Source of the DNA: Octopus sinensis
Lineage: Eukaryota
DNA: 64,000 bases
Assembly: GCF_006345805.1 (NCBI RefSeq)
Contig: NC_042999.1
Location: 81,096,001-81,160,000, forward strand
Direction of reading: 5' to 3'
Shown piece after piece: positions 25,697 to 39,705 of the stretch; position 1 is the stretch's first letter, and each line of letters begins with the position of its first letter. The notes below the pieces were generated by a model that worked only from the letters and a program-made list of their open reading frames with translations, made no database searches and had not been told where the DNA came from. The position numbers and the translations under genes are program-made.

Positions 25697-26110
25697 AAAA
25701 TTGGACAAGAACGCAAAACACCCAGACGGTTAGGTGATACAAAAATGGGAAACAAAAGATCCAGATAGACGATACAAGGAAAACAAGGACGGGTCATTCG
25801 GAGTTTTCTTTTCTTAGTCGAGTTCCAGATCATCTTTGCAATTTCGGCTGGTTATACTCGAGATTGCTGCAATCTGACCAGCCCTAAGGAAAAACGAAGC
25901 TAAGAGCATTGGATTCCTTGGAATAAAGCAGCGAATATATACGAAAACAAGGATAGGAAAAAAATCGGATATGTTACGCAAATACAAGTAACAGGACATA
26001 ACAACAGGTGTCTTTCGACTAAGGACGAATTTAAATTAAGCTGGCGTGTGTGGAAATAAAGCCTTACGGCAGGGATACAGGAATGCACAGGCGCAGGGAG
26101 GAATATAGAT
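25697..26110 (-). mobile_element. PLE-like pLTR remnant abutting (TA)n
   Basis: Shares GGACAAGAACG...AGACGATACAA and AACAGGTGTCTTTCGACTAA...AAGCCTTAC with the 18.7-kb and 43.4-kb copies. Confidence 0.5.
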
Positions 26111-28092
26111 TTCCAGAAATCTACTAATCAACTCTTTCTCAGCTACACATTGGTTTTTATCGTAGTGATCATGAAAGAGTCTTTCTACAATGACTATTTG
26201 CCCTTGACGCCTATAGACACCAGAATGTAGGATTCTGACTTGACTGATTTCAGCAGAGCATCTGCTTCCTATGTTATGACAGCAACGGCGTCGAACACAG
26301 AGAATAATTTATTTGTGTCCTCTTGTAGATGATAAAAATTTTGCTCTTATTTACCAAAGTTGTTTCTTTATTTGTTACTTGAAACAGCACAGGCAACTGA
26401 ATTTTGATGCATTGGTGAAAGTATTAAATTCCGCATATATAGAATATGCTTGAAAGATTTTCATGCTGTAGGATAAGGTAAATTTCACGAAAGTGCATAT
26501 GTATAAATTAGTTCTATATACAAAAGGGGTCTCATTTTATCCTTGAGTAACAATGATTTTCCAATCCACAGAATTTCACATTCGCCGCCAGTGCTATTGA
26601 AGCCTAAGCTTTATGAGTTAATCTTCTACAAGTTCACAATTAAACGACAAAGATGATGGTTTTAAATTAACAGAATAGGTAATTTCAGGATACTGATTAA
26701 TGATTAATTTCGATTGCGCAAATAATAGCGATCCGTATTTGTGTTAATGAAGAAATAATTATCTGAAAACAAAACGAAAAAAACTAACCATTGCATAGAT
26801 AGTGTTTGCCATTGAAAAGGCAAATTACGCAGTGTTTAATAACACCTCAATGAAAATAAATTATTTTCTTTTCTGCTATCGCTCTAGAAAATGGATCTCT
26901 ATTGTGAATATTGATATCAGATATAAGAACTATAGATCAATCTATTAGCAATAATATAATCTTTTAGTCGAGCACGAGCGGAGTCAATAAGATATTGTTA
27001 GGCAATGATTTATTAAGGATATTTCTGGGAGAACCAGTGATTATAATGTTAGTATATATTGAAATCGTTTTTTCGTTGAACGGCATTCTAAGAAATCTTA
27101 CCTACTAGTGCACGATATATAACAGAGACGCGTATGGATAAAAGTGATTCTATACTAAAATGAGCAATGTATTCAGGTAAGTTATATCGCAGTAAGTTAA
27201 TTTTAGTATTAGTAAAAGTCTTAATGTAAACAGAAACACACGCCTCCAGTTGGCAGAAAGATTTCCGAGATGTATTCGAGTCCATTTCTCTAGTTAAGAT
27301 AAAATTATCCATTTTCTATATTTTAATCCAGTTTAAGATATTGTAATTTAGCTCTCACCATAGCAGTTATGCCAGAGTATACTGGACGCATATTTTCAAA
27401 CCTACTGCAGAATTTCTTCCTTCATTCCCTGTTTCAGTTTTTATAAATATTTCGGGGATTAATTCCCGGCAGAGAAAAGAGGTAACTGCCCAGCTGCGCA
27501 GACCACAACGATATCAACATTTAAATATTCATTTAACAGTAATTAAAAGTGCACATTGACTTAATGTGTTGCCAGATCCACGAAAATTCATTACAGTCTG
27601 TTTATACCTTTATAAGCGCTCTTGTGAATTTTATGAAAATTTGTAATATGCTTTGTCGTTTTCCCTATATTCTCTTGATCTTAAACGCGAGGCATTTCTC
27701 AGCAGCTCATCTTGCACATAGTCCGATATATTTGGTTACAAATTTAGAATTTACAGAGGAAAAAAATTCAAATATTTATTAGCTAAATTTATTGCTTTCA
27801 CGTTCATCCTTTGTTATACTGTTTAGAATATTATTATATATTTCTCACTGCTGCATCTTCAGTATACAGCGTTGTTATTCAATAATATTTTTTTAAGTGT
27901 ACCATTATTTTTACAAAAACGATTATAATATTTTTCAACGTTAATATATCATGCTGTAGGTTTGCTTGGAAATCTTCTAAGCAAACGAAAAAAACATAAT
28001 TTTTCTAAGTTGTATGAATCTGTCGTAAGAGATACTATGCTGGAATATTGTGAATACTAGCAGAGCTAATTCTGTCACTCCCTCACACACAA

Positions 28093-28093
<1 letters not shown>

Positions 28094-28188
<95 letters not shown>

Positions 28189-28393
28189 TTATTTATCTGC
28201 CTATCTATCTATTTTCCTGTCTGTGTGGCTGCTTGTCTGTCTGTCTGTCCGTCCATCTGTCTATTTGTCGATATATCTATCTATCTATCTATCTATATAT
28301 CTATCTATCTATCTATCTATCTGTGTGTCTGTCTGTCTGCCTGCGTTTCTGTGTATCTGTCCGTCCGTCTGTCTGATTGTATGTCTATCTATA

Positions 28394-28451
<58 letters not shown>
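28094..28451. repeat. (TCTA)n/(TCTG)n compound microsatellite
   Basis: Direct sequence. Confidence 0.96.
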
Positions 28452-28452
<1 letters not shown>

Positions 28453-28669
28453 TGACGGATGTGATGTCGTTTCAGCTCCGAAGGTAATCATTTATTTTGA
28501 CTATTTAAAAGTGTATATTGACAAACATTTTGTGCTTAAAAGTTGTGCAACAACATCCACTGTAAACCATTGATAAATATCGACACAAAATTTTGCCCCT
28601 TGTGGGCAAAATTTAAAAGAAAAAATTCTCATAGCCTTCGTGATTTCATTTAGCCATTTTATTTCCAAA

Positions 28670-30574
28670 ATGGCCACTGGCCACCACGAAGCTGAGGTGC
28701 AAGTCAAGCGTGACGCACAAAACAGAAAAACAGGATGCTCTGTTAGCATACGCCGAACCTGACAACGCCACCACCATCAACAGCAACAAATACAAAACAA
28801 AGGTCGCAAGGCCAAGCACCGTCAACACCATCAGTGAGTCCACCACCACCACCAACACCATGGCAGAATCTGCTACTAAAACTGCTATCCCTACTAAAGA
28901 TATCGCCACCAATAACAACACCAACATCACCATCACGCCACCAAGACCGTGCCGTCAATGCTACTAATACTACCAACACCACCGCCGTCACCAAGAACGA
29001 CAATAACAACACAACAACAACAACAACGACGACAACAACAATTCCCTCCAACCACTGCTCACTCCATCACCAACAAGTGAAAAAATAACGACGAAAGCAA
29101 CGAAAAATGTCGAATTTTGCCCTAGTGCAGGACTAAAGTACGCAGGCACAATTTTCCACCCCTTCCTACTTGCACGATCGAACCAAACACACCAATTTTA
29201 CAAACTGCAGCCAACAACAACATCACCACAAGCAACAACAATAACAAAACAACAACAAATTTCGCTGAGGTGATTAAAGAAAAAAAAAACAACAATATAC
29301 TTTACGGCTCACCAAATACAGGACACGAACATCAAAATAACAGAATCAGAAGGTATAGTAAAAATAACATACCAGAAGACATTTTGGAAAATGAAAAAAG
29401 ACGAACAATCATTTATAAAATAGTTAACAAAAACAAAAAATCCCAGAGAAGGCCAACACAAGCAAAATAGAGAAGTGCTTGAAACCCATCTGGGATCACA
29501 AAGAATATGTAACCTGGTGGAACAAATTTGCCCACATACAAGTTGTTTTCTACACGAAGAGTTAGCTAGACATTTCTCAACGCTAACTCTTCACTCAGAT
29601 GAACTCCAACTTACACCAAGCTATCGGGGACAGAAAGTGACTAAGATCACTCTAAACAATGTCCCCAAAATAGCCAATAGTCTATGGCTTGTAAAGGCCT
29701 TATGCGTAAAAATGGCGAATTATACTATTTTGGAAACCACAGTCACAGAGCATAAAAACTGGGTGGGAAAAAAAATAGAATTTCTTCTACATATATATCA
29801 TGAAGATATAAAAAAAATACCCACCCAGATATGTGTATCAGACGACCACAAGTTATATGTGGTCGTCGATGGCAGAAGACCACGTTGCTACATATGCGGC
29901 AGTGAGCAACACCTCAAAAAAGACTGCAAATCTGCCGCAAGAAAACAACAGCAACAACACAGCAGCCGGAACAAAAACAAAATAAACAAGGTTTACTACC
30001 CACACCACTTTTTGCAGGAACAAACCTCACCAAACAAACAACCACACCAACTGCAGCACCAAGAACAGAAGCAGCATCACCAACAACAACAACCAAGAAT
30101 ATACCAACTCCAAACCAAGGACATTGCCAAAAAGACACCCAGCAAAAATGAAGGAAACAATTACAACTCCAAATCCCCACAAAATTGAGACCCTAAACAA
30201 CACAACAATACCCACAATCACTCAAACGCAAAATACCCAAAACCCAAATCCAAACAAAACCGCATACACCACAACCAAACGCTCACCAACCAACACCAAC
30301 ACAGTCGACATAGACCCCAATACTTTCCTCTTCCAGACTCCGATTCGTCTGATCTGTCATTAGACGAAGAAGACACGGAAGATTGGCAAATAGCCACAGG
30401 GGGGAGAAGAAAAAGGGGAAAAAAAAAAAAGAAAAAATAACAAACAAAGCGGGAAGATACACCACTCCCGAAACAAAAACATCCACAGAAAACACACACA
30501 TCAACACAAACACACCATCATCAAACCCCCCAAAAATGTTTGACAGCCATAAACACAAAACAACCACGACCTAA
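28670..30574 (+). pseudogene. Tx1 ORF1 (gag-like nucleic-acid-binding protein), frameshifted
   Basis: ATG at 28670, T/N/Q-rich low-complexity arms, and RPRCYICGSEQHLKKDC (CX2CX4HX4C) in ORF 29475-30188. Confidence 0.75.
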
Positions 30575-30860
30575 TGGAACACATTAGGTCAAACACTAAC
30601 ATTACTGAAAACGACATAAAAACAAGTAACCACCCACACACAACACACCACAACACATTAAAATAATACACGTGACACAGAACACATACAGCACCTGAAA
30701 TCTCTTTACCCTGATGCAGTAGGGAGATTTCAAAAGTACTCATCGAAAAAACTGTATAAAAGCCTCATAGAAGAAGAGACCGTGAGGTGAAAGACAAAGA
30801 ACTTCCGAAAAACAAGTAACCTTTTCTCTCTCCTTTTCCTTTTTGCACTTTTATCGGAAC

Positions 30861-33800
30861 ATGCTCAGAATAGGTAGTATAAATGTACGTGGCTTGGGGT
30901 CGCCTAGGAAACAAGGCTACCTGTTAAATGACATCAAGTCACTAAATCTGAATATCATAGCCATCAGTGAGACCAGACTCCACAGCTTGCGGGCACTCCA
31001 GCACATTTTCGGTACACATTTCAACATTTATTTTTCTCCGTGTCTACCGAGAATGGGCGGAGGTGGCACCGCGGTGCTTATCCGGAAGAGTCTGGATCTC
31101 AAAGTAAGAGCAAATTTCCTAGACCCGGAGGGTAGGCTGGTCGTTTTAGATGTCGATGGCAGCAAGCAATGAGTGTGCTTTTCGACTGATAGCAGTTTAT
31201 GCTCCGTCCTTAACAGGCCGACCAGATTCTTTCGACGTCTAGAGTCTTTCATGGGAACGTCTCGTCCTTTACTTTTAGTGGGGGATTGGAATGCCACCTG
31301 GACACGCATCTAGACTACGTGGGCAGAGCATAGCAATAGAAGGGATGCAAATGCCTCAAGACCTGCTCAGACGTTTCAACTGTCTGACAGGTACCGACTG
31401 GACCACCCGAATGTGCCAATGTGGACATGAAGTAACCGCATCGGGTCGTCCAGATCATACTTAGATAGAGTATTCTGTAGGACAATAGATAAAAATAGTG
31501 TAGGTTGTCCACAATTTCATATAGTCAGTTACACAGATCACAAGTTTGTGACTTGTACACTTGACTTAGATAAGACACATAGGCAGGGGCCTGGTTACTG
31601 GAAACTGAACGCGTCTTTTACAGCACGACAGGTTTACAGGGACCGGATCAGCACATTAGTTAAGAGAGCTTTGACGGGTACCATCATCAACAACAGATGG
31701 TGGTATGCCCTAAAAAAAGCGATTAAAGCAGAATCAGTCAGATACAGTAGAGCCCTAGCATTAGACCGAAATAGAATAGATGGAGATTTAGTTAAGGTTT
31801 TAGAAGAGGCACTTAGAACTGGCATCGCGTCCAACGTACTGGCGGCGAGATTGGCCCTCGACCAACACCTCAACGCCAAGCACGAGGGATGCGTTGTCAG
31901 AGCTAGGATGCGTGCTCTGAGGAACGAAGGAGTTGGAGCCGCCCAAGAGGCCCGAGTGGTGGAGACGCAACGAGGCAACAGAGCCACCATCAAGTCTCTT
32001 ATAGATGAACAGGGGCGCGAATTGCTCGAGCCTAAAAGGATGTGTGGGGTTTTTCAACAACACTTCACCCAACTGTTTGGGACAAGTGGTGAGTCAGAAA
32101 GCAGAGTGGACTTTAGTGCCTACCTGCATGCCTTGCCACGACTCTCAGCAAGGGAGGTGGAGTCTTGTGAAAAGCCTATCACAGCTGCGGACGTACAGGA
32201 TGCGATGGTAGGCTGCGCGAGAGACAAGTCACCAGGCTTGGATGGTCTGCCCTACGAATTTTATTTCATATGCCAGACTTGTTTGGAGGCGTCTTGGCAG
32301 CTGTCTACTGCAACTGGCAGCAGAACGGGAGTATTCCTGCTTTTGTAAAGCGAGGAGCAGTGGCACTGATCAAGAAAGACCCAAACAAGGGGGACGTCAT
32401 AGATAATTTCAGGCCATCACTCTGCTCAACGCAGATTTGAAAATTTTGGCCAAGGTGTTAGCCGAGAGGTTGGCGCTTGTCATCAAGAAACTAATCGACA
32501 AGGCGCAAACATGCGCCGTGCCGGGTAGAAGTATTCATGACAACCTCCATCTGATGCGCTACATCATAGACAGGGTAGTTTAAAAATCCTGGCATGGGTG
32601 GGGCGCTGATCAATTTGGATCAATCAAAAGCCTTCGATAGGGTAGACCATCACTACTTGGAGGCTGTCCTCAAAGCGGCTGGTTTCGGTCCAGTTTTCCG
32701 CGGTTGGATCGCTGCCTTATACAGCGGCATCGCGCTCAGTAGTTCGCGTAAATGGTCATCTATCCAGACCTTTAACATCATGCGTTCGGTTCGTCAGGGA
32801 TGCCCCCTCTCATCGCTGCTGTATTTACTGACTCTTGAGCCACTACTGCGGAAACTGGCGACGCTGAGGGGCATCCCACGAGAGCTGGGATGCGGGAGGA
32901 GCGTGTCTGCATACGCGGATGACGTCACCGTCATAGTGTCGAGCTACGAGCACATCGAGCTGGTCGGCGAGACACTGAAAGAATACGAAGCGGTAACGGG
33001 AGCAAAAATAACCGGGAAAGTCAGTGGGCTTGCGGCTCGGCACCTGGAGAAGCAAGCCCATGCCGTCCAACAGCGTCTCCATCGTGGGACGCTGGACGGA
33101 CGGACCGGTTAAATTGCTCGGGGTCTGGTTCGGTCCGGACCTCCAAATGGAGAAGAACTGGGGCGAGATAACGACTAGGGTGGCTACTCTCACCCAGAAA
33201 TGGACTGAGAGAAAGCTATCCCTAAAAGGTCGGGCGGAGGTGGCGAACGCGACATCGCATCCGTCATCGAGTATCGTCTGACCGTCGTGCCTTGTCCCGA
33301 CCCTACCATCACCAAACTGGAACGCATACTCTTCCGCTTCTTGTGGAAGGGAAACGTTCCGATGGTTAGGCGATCCATTTGCTGCCAACACCCGCTAAAT
33401 GGAGGGCTGGGCATGCCGTGGTTGATGATGCGCAGACATGCGCTGAGACTGTGACATCTCCGGCGCTTCATAGACAACGGTGAAAAGGGGTGGTCGCCTT
33501 TTGTGCGGCGCGCTTTCCCGCAGCTCGTCTCCTTGGACGAACTACAGTCATGGATCAAGCAGAGACCGAGGCTAGGCGAATGGCACCGCGAGTGTCGCGT
33601 TGCTCTCAAGCAACTCTGCCGTCCGGGATCGAACTTGTGCGACTCCATCACAACAAAGGCATTCTATAGAGGATTAGTGGAGGGGAGGTGCGACGACGAA
33701 CTCGGGCAGAGTCTGGGCGTCGACGAGGAACACCTGACCCGCCTGTTCAGGACAACTTTCGGGCCGGGACCTATGAACAATCACCAAAGATCCCTGCTGG

Positions 33801-34286
33801 CAGTGCTATCGAGAAGCATTACCTGTTCGGGATAAGCTCTACAGACACGGTTCCAGACACACTGGACCGACTTGCCCGAGATGCGGTCAGAGCGACGAAA
33901 CCGTTCTGCACGCACTCGTGCAATGTCCAACCTTTCCGACTGTGGGCTTATGCCGAACGGCTGCTGTCACGTGTGGGACGAATCCGCCTATCGGCCGAGT
34001 CTGTCGTGAGATTTGCTCCGCCCCCTTCCCTCAACCGGGAAGGCAAGGCAGTTTTCATCGTACTGGTGGCCATGGTGAAAGAATGTGGTGGTGGACTCGA
34101 GCGAAAGGATTAGAGACAAACACTTACCTCTGGCCAATCGCTCATCAACTTTTTCAAGTACCACTTGAAAAGGAAGGTGAGAATGGAGAGGGAAGTTTTG
34201 TCTCGCGAAAGATTCAAAAAAAGATGGTGAATGTTGCAAAGATGGTGCGTGCTAGTAACGAAACCATTTTGAGCATGATCCTGTAG
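30861..34286 (+). pseudogene. Tx1 ORF2 (APE endonuclease + RT + C-terminal zinc motif), frameshifted
   Basis: MLRIGSINVRGL...ISETR, GDWNA, YLDR, TDH, GPGYWKLN; DKSPGLDGLPYEFY, LDQSKAFDRVDH, SVRQGCPLS, AYADDVT; CPRCGQSDETVLHALVQC. Confidence 0.92.
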
Positions 34287-35084
34287 ATCGTAAAAAAGAA
34301 AGAAAGAGAGCATTTTTGACCTCATGTGTTTATTTCCTCCTGACTGGGGTTCCCGTGGTCTTTTCTGTAGGCTTTTCTTCCCACGGATGAACCAATCTTG
34401 TTATATCAATGTTTACACCATTATTTCTGTGATACACGATTTCCTTTTTTTCCTTTTTTTTCCTCCTCTCGACCTTTTGATCGCAATCTTACATTTCTAT
34501 TTTTTTTCCACCCTCGAAAAGAAAAGCTCTGCATTTGTATTGTCCCCTCTGTATTCAGCCTGTGGGCTAATAAAAGAAAGTCTATCTATCTGTCTGTCTG
34601 GCTGCCAATCGATTAGCTGTCGACGTTTCCGTCTGCCTAAGTCTAAACAATTTCTCGTTTATATTGAATATTTGCAAACACTTGGTTTACAACATCAACT
34701 TTCGTGTGTTTAAATCGGTCTTCCGAATATCCACCCCGTCTGAAAAATAGATAACTTGGCTGAAACGGCCAGCGTTCCACCGTCTTTCATGTACCCTGAT
34801 TTCCCTGCATTGTCGAACGTTGCGGGGAAGAGAGAAAGCATTGAATCACATTCATATATACACACACAGTTGAACAACGGCAACACACATACAGACAACA
34901 ACGTTCTCAACAAGCAAGTAGGAAGGTAAGCAAGAAGAATGAACAAATATATACTGCCACCACCGCTGCCACCACCACTGTCTCCACTACTGCCACTGCT
35001 ACCATTACCACTACCACCTAACTACCAACCTACCATTACCACCACCACCTAACTACCAACCTACCTGTCTACGTAACCTACCTA

Positions 35085-35117
35085 CCTACCTACATACATA
35101 CATACATACCAACCCTT

Positions 35118-35170
<53 letters not shown>

Positions 35171-35235
35171 TTATCGATCTATATACCTACGTACCTACCT
35201 ACGTACCTACCTACCTATCTATCTATTTATCTATC
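35085..35235. repeat. (TACA)/(TCTA)/(TACC) compound microsatellite
   Basis: Direct sequence. Confidence 0.9.
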
Positions 35236-35619
35236 TAAATGTGAATATGAATTTATATGCAAATGAAGATTTCTAGATTCTTTATCCTGAACTTAATCCA
35301 AAATTTCCTAGTGTTTTACTGAAGAAACACTTTGAATATATTTCTTATCGGTTTTATAGCGAAACATTAGCACAGTAAAGAATCTGATAGAAATGTATTT
35401 TTCTTGTCTCTGGATCTAGTGGCAATAACAATGTATGAAGTCTCAGTTTATATAACAATGTTTTTATAAAGAAAGAACACTTAATAATTCATTAATAGAT
35501 AGCAAAAATCAAAGTACTTCTTGATATTCACTAAAAGCTCTGTATTCTTCCCCAGTCAGAGGTGACTGATGTTCAACAACAACAAGAACATTTGAATTAC
35601 ATAATTCAAAATAGAAATA

Positions 35620-35948
35620 TCATACATTCAGAGAGCAGTGCTATCTGTTCGTAAACACTACCCATGTAATACACCTTCATGATCGCTTCGTTCCAAGTAG
35701 ATATTTTCAACTAACATTCCGTCAATCGATGCTTTGATTGCTCTTCATTCTTCTAAAGACATGTTAGTATATTACAAAGATCTTATTCAAACACTTGAAA
35801 CAGAATTTTAATGCTCTTTCCACCATGAAATCGGAAGCATAGTTAGAGTTAATTTCACGAAACTCTATTGATGGAAACACGAGTTTACTCTGCGTACTTT
35901 AGCTTCGTCTGCATGGTAACAGTGCTGATAATTATTGAGAAGACCTCG
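35620..35948 (-). mobile_element. Decayed mariner 5' end
   Basis: The minus strand begins TA|CGAGGTCTTCTCAATAATT (mariner-like TIR after TA), followed by a degenerate MSLEE.RAI...GSVYE-like N-terminus. Confidence 0.5.
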
Positions 35949-36015
<67 letters not shown>

Positions 36016-36324
36016 TTATATATATATATAATATATATATATAATATATATATATGTATGTATGTATGTATGTATATATAATATACATATATATACATAC
36101 ACACACACACATATATATATATATATTAGGTAGAATATATTTTAGTAGCAAACATATTTTCTCTTTTTATATATGTATGTAAAGGTTGAAAAGGAACACA
36201 GGAGTTGATTTGTATAAGGAAAATAAATCAAGGTAGAAAATGCTAAAATAATTTCATCATAAAAAACATTTTAGTACCGGCTTAAGTAATTGAGACTTTT
36301 TCAACTAAAGTTTGGAAGAATTAA

Positions 36325-37785
36325 ATGAAAAACTTTTTTAAAGAATATTTGCATAGAATAATTCTAGTACTATCCATATTAGAAGACACAACATACTATA
36401 AAAAGGTACGTTACAGTCAGCAGAACATAATGAGAGGTTTAAAATCTATGTTAAACCTATACAGAGAAGGGCTCACCGACAAAGAATACGACTATATGAC
36501 CAATTTCAAAAGTAAAACCAGTCAATTCTACGGTATTCCCAAGGTATACAAAGCTGAGAAAATAATTAATGCATGCAGGAAAACCACAAACATAATAACC
36601 AATGTCTCTACTCCTAATGACCGCAAATTCAAACCTATAATAGTTGGTCCCGCATGCAAATCCCACAGCCTCAGTAACGTTTTAGATACTTTTACAACCA
36701 TTCCTCAAGCATGTCAAAAGCTACATAAGGGACGACTTGGATATGCTCAATCACCTTCCTAAAACAATAAACAGAAACATCCTACAAGAATCCTTCGGTG
36801 TAGCCAACCTCTATTCCAATATCCACAATCTAGGAATAGAGGCAATTTAACTTTGGCTAGAGAATTACGCCAACGATCTCCAACATCGCACCAAAAAGAA
36901 TTCGTGATAGAAGGGCTAAAATTTGTCTTAGAGAATAAGTACTTCGTCTTCGAAGACAACTTCTATCGATAAAAATCGGAGACTGCGATGAGTACGAGAA
37001 TGGCTCCCTCCTTTGTTAACCTACTCATGAGATATCAAGAATTAGTCTTTATCATGAGGTACTAGAAAAATACGGCAACTCATTCTCCCTCTGCATATAA
37101 AATAACTGGAAGAAATACCTGGATGACTATTTATTTTTTGGCAGGAAAGTATAGAGAGACTTAATGAATTTCAAGTACTTATAAATGAACTTGATGTAAA
37201 CATTCAATTCACTATGGAATAACCATCAACGACTTCCCTTCCTCGACATCCTCATTAAGATATCTAACAACGTTATAGAAACAGATATGTACTATAAGCC
37301 CACGGATTTCAAGCAATATCTACCTTTCAACTCATGCCAACCCCAGACACACCAGAATGAATATTCTCTTTAACCTAGCAAAACGGATTTGTACTATAAT
37401 TTCTAATGCAAGCACCAGGGAAACACGACTACATGAACTAAAGGATACACTCATCACCAGGAACTACCCACCTTCACTAATTGACATGTTTTCAACGTGC
37501 CCTACAACTCAACATGCACGAACTAAGACAATTAAAGAAGCATTTACAACCAAAAGCCCTACAATACATCTCCTCACACAACACCCTTAAAAACGAAGCC
37601 TTCCACACTATCCTTCAAAACATTCCCCTCCTAAAAAGGACCACAGAATGGACTTAATCCTCGAAACACACGCCATCATAAAAAGCAAGAGAGAGAGCCC
37701 AAATCTATGAAAATTCTTCTTACACTTGCCCGAATACGCCCAACAACAACACTGAAGCCGTCAGTAAAAATGCGGAAGACCAACA
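36325..37785 (+). pseudogene. PLE reverse transcriptase fragment (second family), truncated before the GIY-YIG domain
   Basis: SQFYGIPKVYK, KPIIVGP, YFVFEDNFY, TAMSTRMAPSFVNL, YLDD, LPFLDILI, MYYKPTD..QYL, LAKRICTIIS; many stops and frameshifts. Confidence 0.85.
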
Positions 37786-38599
37786 ATCAGGAGGAACCAC
37801 GTCCGGTTTGCGATGAGGCGGACGTCCCCGTTCAGAGATGTCTTCAGCTCTGGTGTGAGTGCGCTGTTTTGTCTTTATTTTGTTCCATGCAGCTTCAATG
37901 ATTGTCAGCAGGCGAATGAACAACCTGGCAAATTTCCCTTTAAATACTCCCTGGCAGCCTCCAGCAGCCAGCAGCCAGCGCCAGCTGACTGTCACTTCAC
38001 ACAATCGAAGCTTGAACAGACCGCGTCGACTACCTGTCATGTGCAGCAATCTACTGAACAATGGTAGTTTTAGCCTGTGCCCTCTGAGTTGTGTGAATTC
38101 CATCTCTAGCAGACAGAGCCGACTAGCTGTCCCGTTGTACAAGCCTTCATACCATCGAGGATTGCGGGAGTGCAATGAACGAGATAGTTCCCTCAGCTCA
38201 CCTGTCAAACAGCAACGATGTATATCTGCCAGCCAGCTATTTCCCATTCGGCATATTTCGGCTTTCGAGGCATTTCAAGTCTCCTCGTTTCAGCTATATA
38301 TAGAAGCTGGTCTTTTCGACTGCCACCTGCATACTCGTTATTACCTTCCTCATCTCTGGCCACAAAAATGCAAATCTTTTAAATAAACATCATTTATTTA
38401 GAGGTCATACAAATTACATAATTTAGGAGACGTATGGCTACTAGTACTACCAGTGCTACTTAGTTACGATGGTGAGCGTCGGGTTAGGATTATCAATATT
38501 AATAACTACCAATAAAGGAGGTGTTACAACAACTTTTGTGATCATTAATAGTTGCGTAATCAATAATCACACCAGAACAGGCGCGGTTACTATGCATGA

Positions 38600-38720
38600 T
38601 GGTCCTCCCATCAACAGTACCAAGGTTAAACGTTAGCCCCCTACCCACGACACGCATATTCAGAATCGATACGTGTGTATGAGTATGACAATAAGAAGAA
38701 GCAGGCTGAGATTTGTTAAC
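38600..38720 (+). mobile_element. Possible RTE-like LINE scrap
   Basis: LNVS...SMTIRRSRLRF resembles the RTE post-RT motif; short. Confidence 0.3.
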
Positions 38721-38933
38721 ATGAGAGTTGGTGCTGGCTACTTGAATGCTCTATTTGGTCTCATTAAAGTGGCCCACGACAAGACTGCTACTACTCATGC
38801 TTTTAGTGCCATATTTACAAATATAATCATAGTCGCTGCTGTTAGCATCAACACCACCACCATTAATTTCATTATTATTATAATTATTGCTACGAATACT
38901 GTTATTTTCATTATTATTGATGATCTTATTCTT

Positions 38934-38964
<31 letters not shown>

Positions 38965-39554
38965 TCATTATTATTATTATTGTTGTTGTTGTTATTGAGT
39001 GAGAGAGCAGTGCATGCCATCAAAGTGACACTGGGGTTAAATATATGAAGCCCAGTATACCCATCATGACTACCCGTCTGATAAGGGTACACTAAGCATA
39101 TGCATCACAACAATATGTGCGTGACATGGTGCTCTCATATTAAGATAAACAGCGCATGACCTTGCATGTGGGACCCAGTTAGAATTTACTTCTGGTCGAG
39201 TAACCCATCCCGCTCAAAAGGTTCCTTAATAAGAGTTGTTTAAGGTTGTTGAACGAAACACCCATGTTTCCAGAGGTGAATTATTCAAACCCCAAAGACT
39301 CCCTCTCAACACATGGCTGTGATGCACCCCCACTACTTCTGCTCGTGATCAGAGATGCACATATCGTCAGCCACTAAGGGACATGCTCAACTGGTTATGG
39401 TCAAACATCTGACAAGCAAATCTGTGATATTGAGCAGAATATTTGCTGTAGCCCATCTTTTATACCAAGACAACGATGTACATAAACACTTTCAAATAGT
39501 TAAGATCAGAAGACACGAGAGCCACTGCCTGGTACTGCATGAGGGCATTTATCC

Positions 39555-39608
39555 TCATCATCATCATTCTTCTTCTTATTATTATCATTATTATCATTAT
39601 TATCATTA

Positions 39609-39656
<48 letters not shown>

Positions 39657-39666
39657 TAATATTATA

Positions 39667-39702
<36 letters not shown>
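39555..39702. repeat. (ATT)n microsatellite at the 3' end of the RLE LINE
   Basis: Direct sequence. Confidence 0.95.

Positions 39703-39705
<3 letters not shown>

Larger units (their letters stand above)
28640..34580 (+). mobile_element. Near full-length L1/Tx1-clade non-LTR retrotransposon
   Basis: ORF1 with a zinc knuckle, ORF2 with APE-RT-CCHC, and a T-rich 3' UTR ending ...GGGCTAATAAAAGAAAG; the 5' boundary is approximate. Confidence 0.92.

Noticed and set aside
39030-39500. Non-repetitive block between ATT tracts that resembles a common octopus repeat as I recall it
   Set aside because: No second copy or diagnostic motif in the window, so it cannot be classified without a search.
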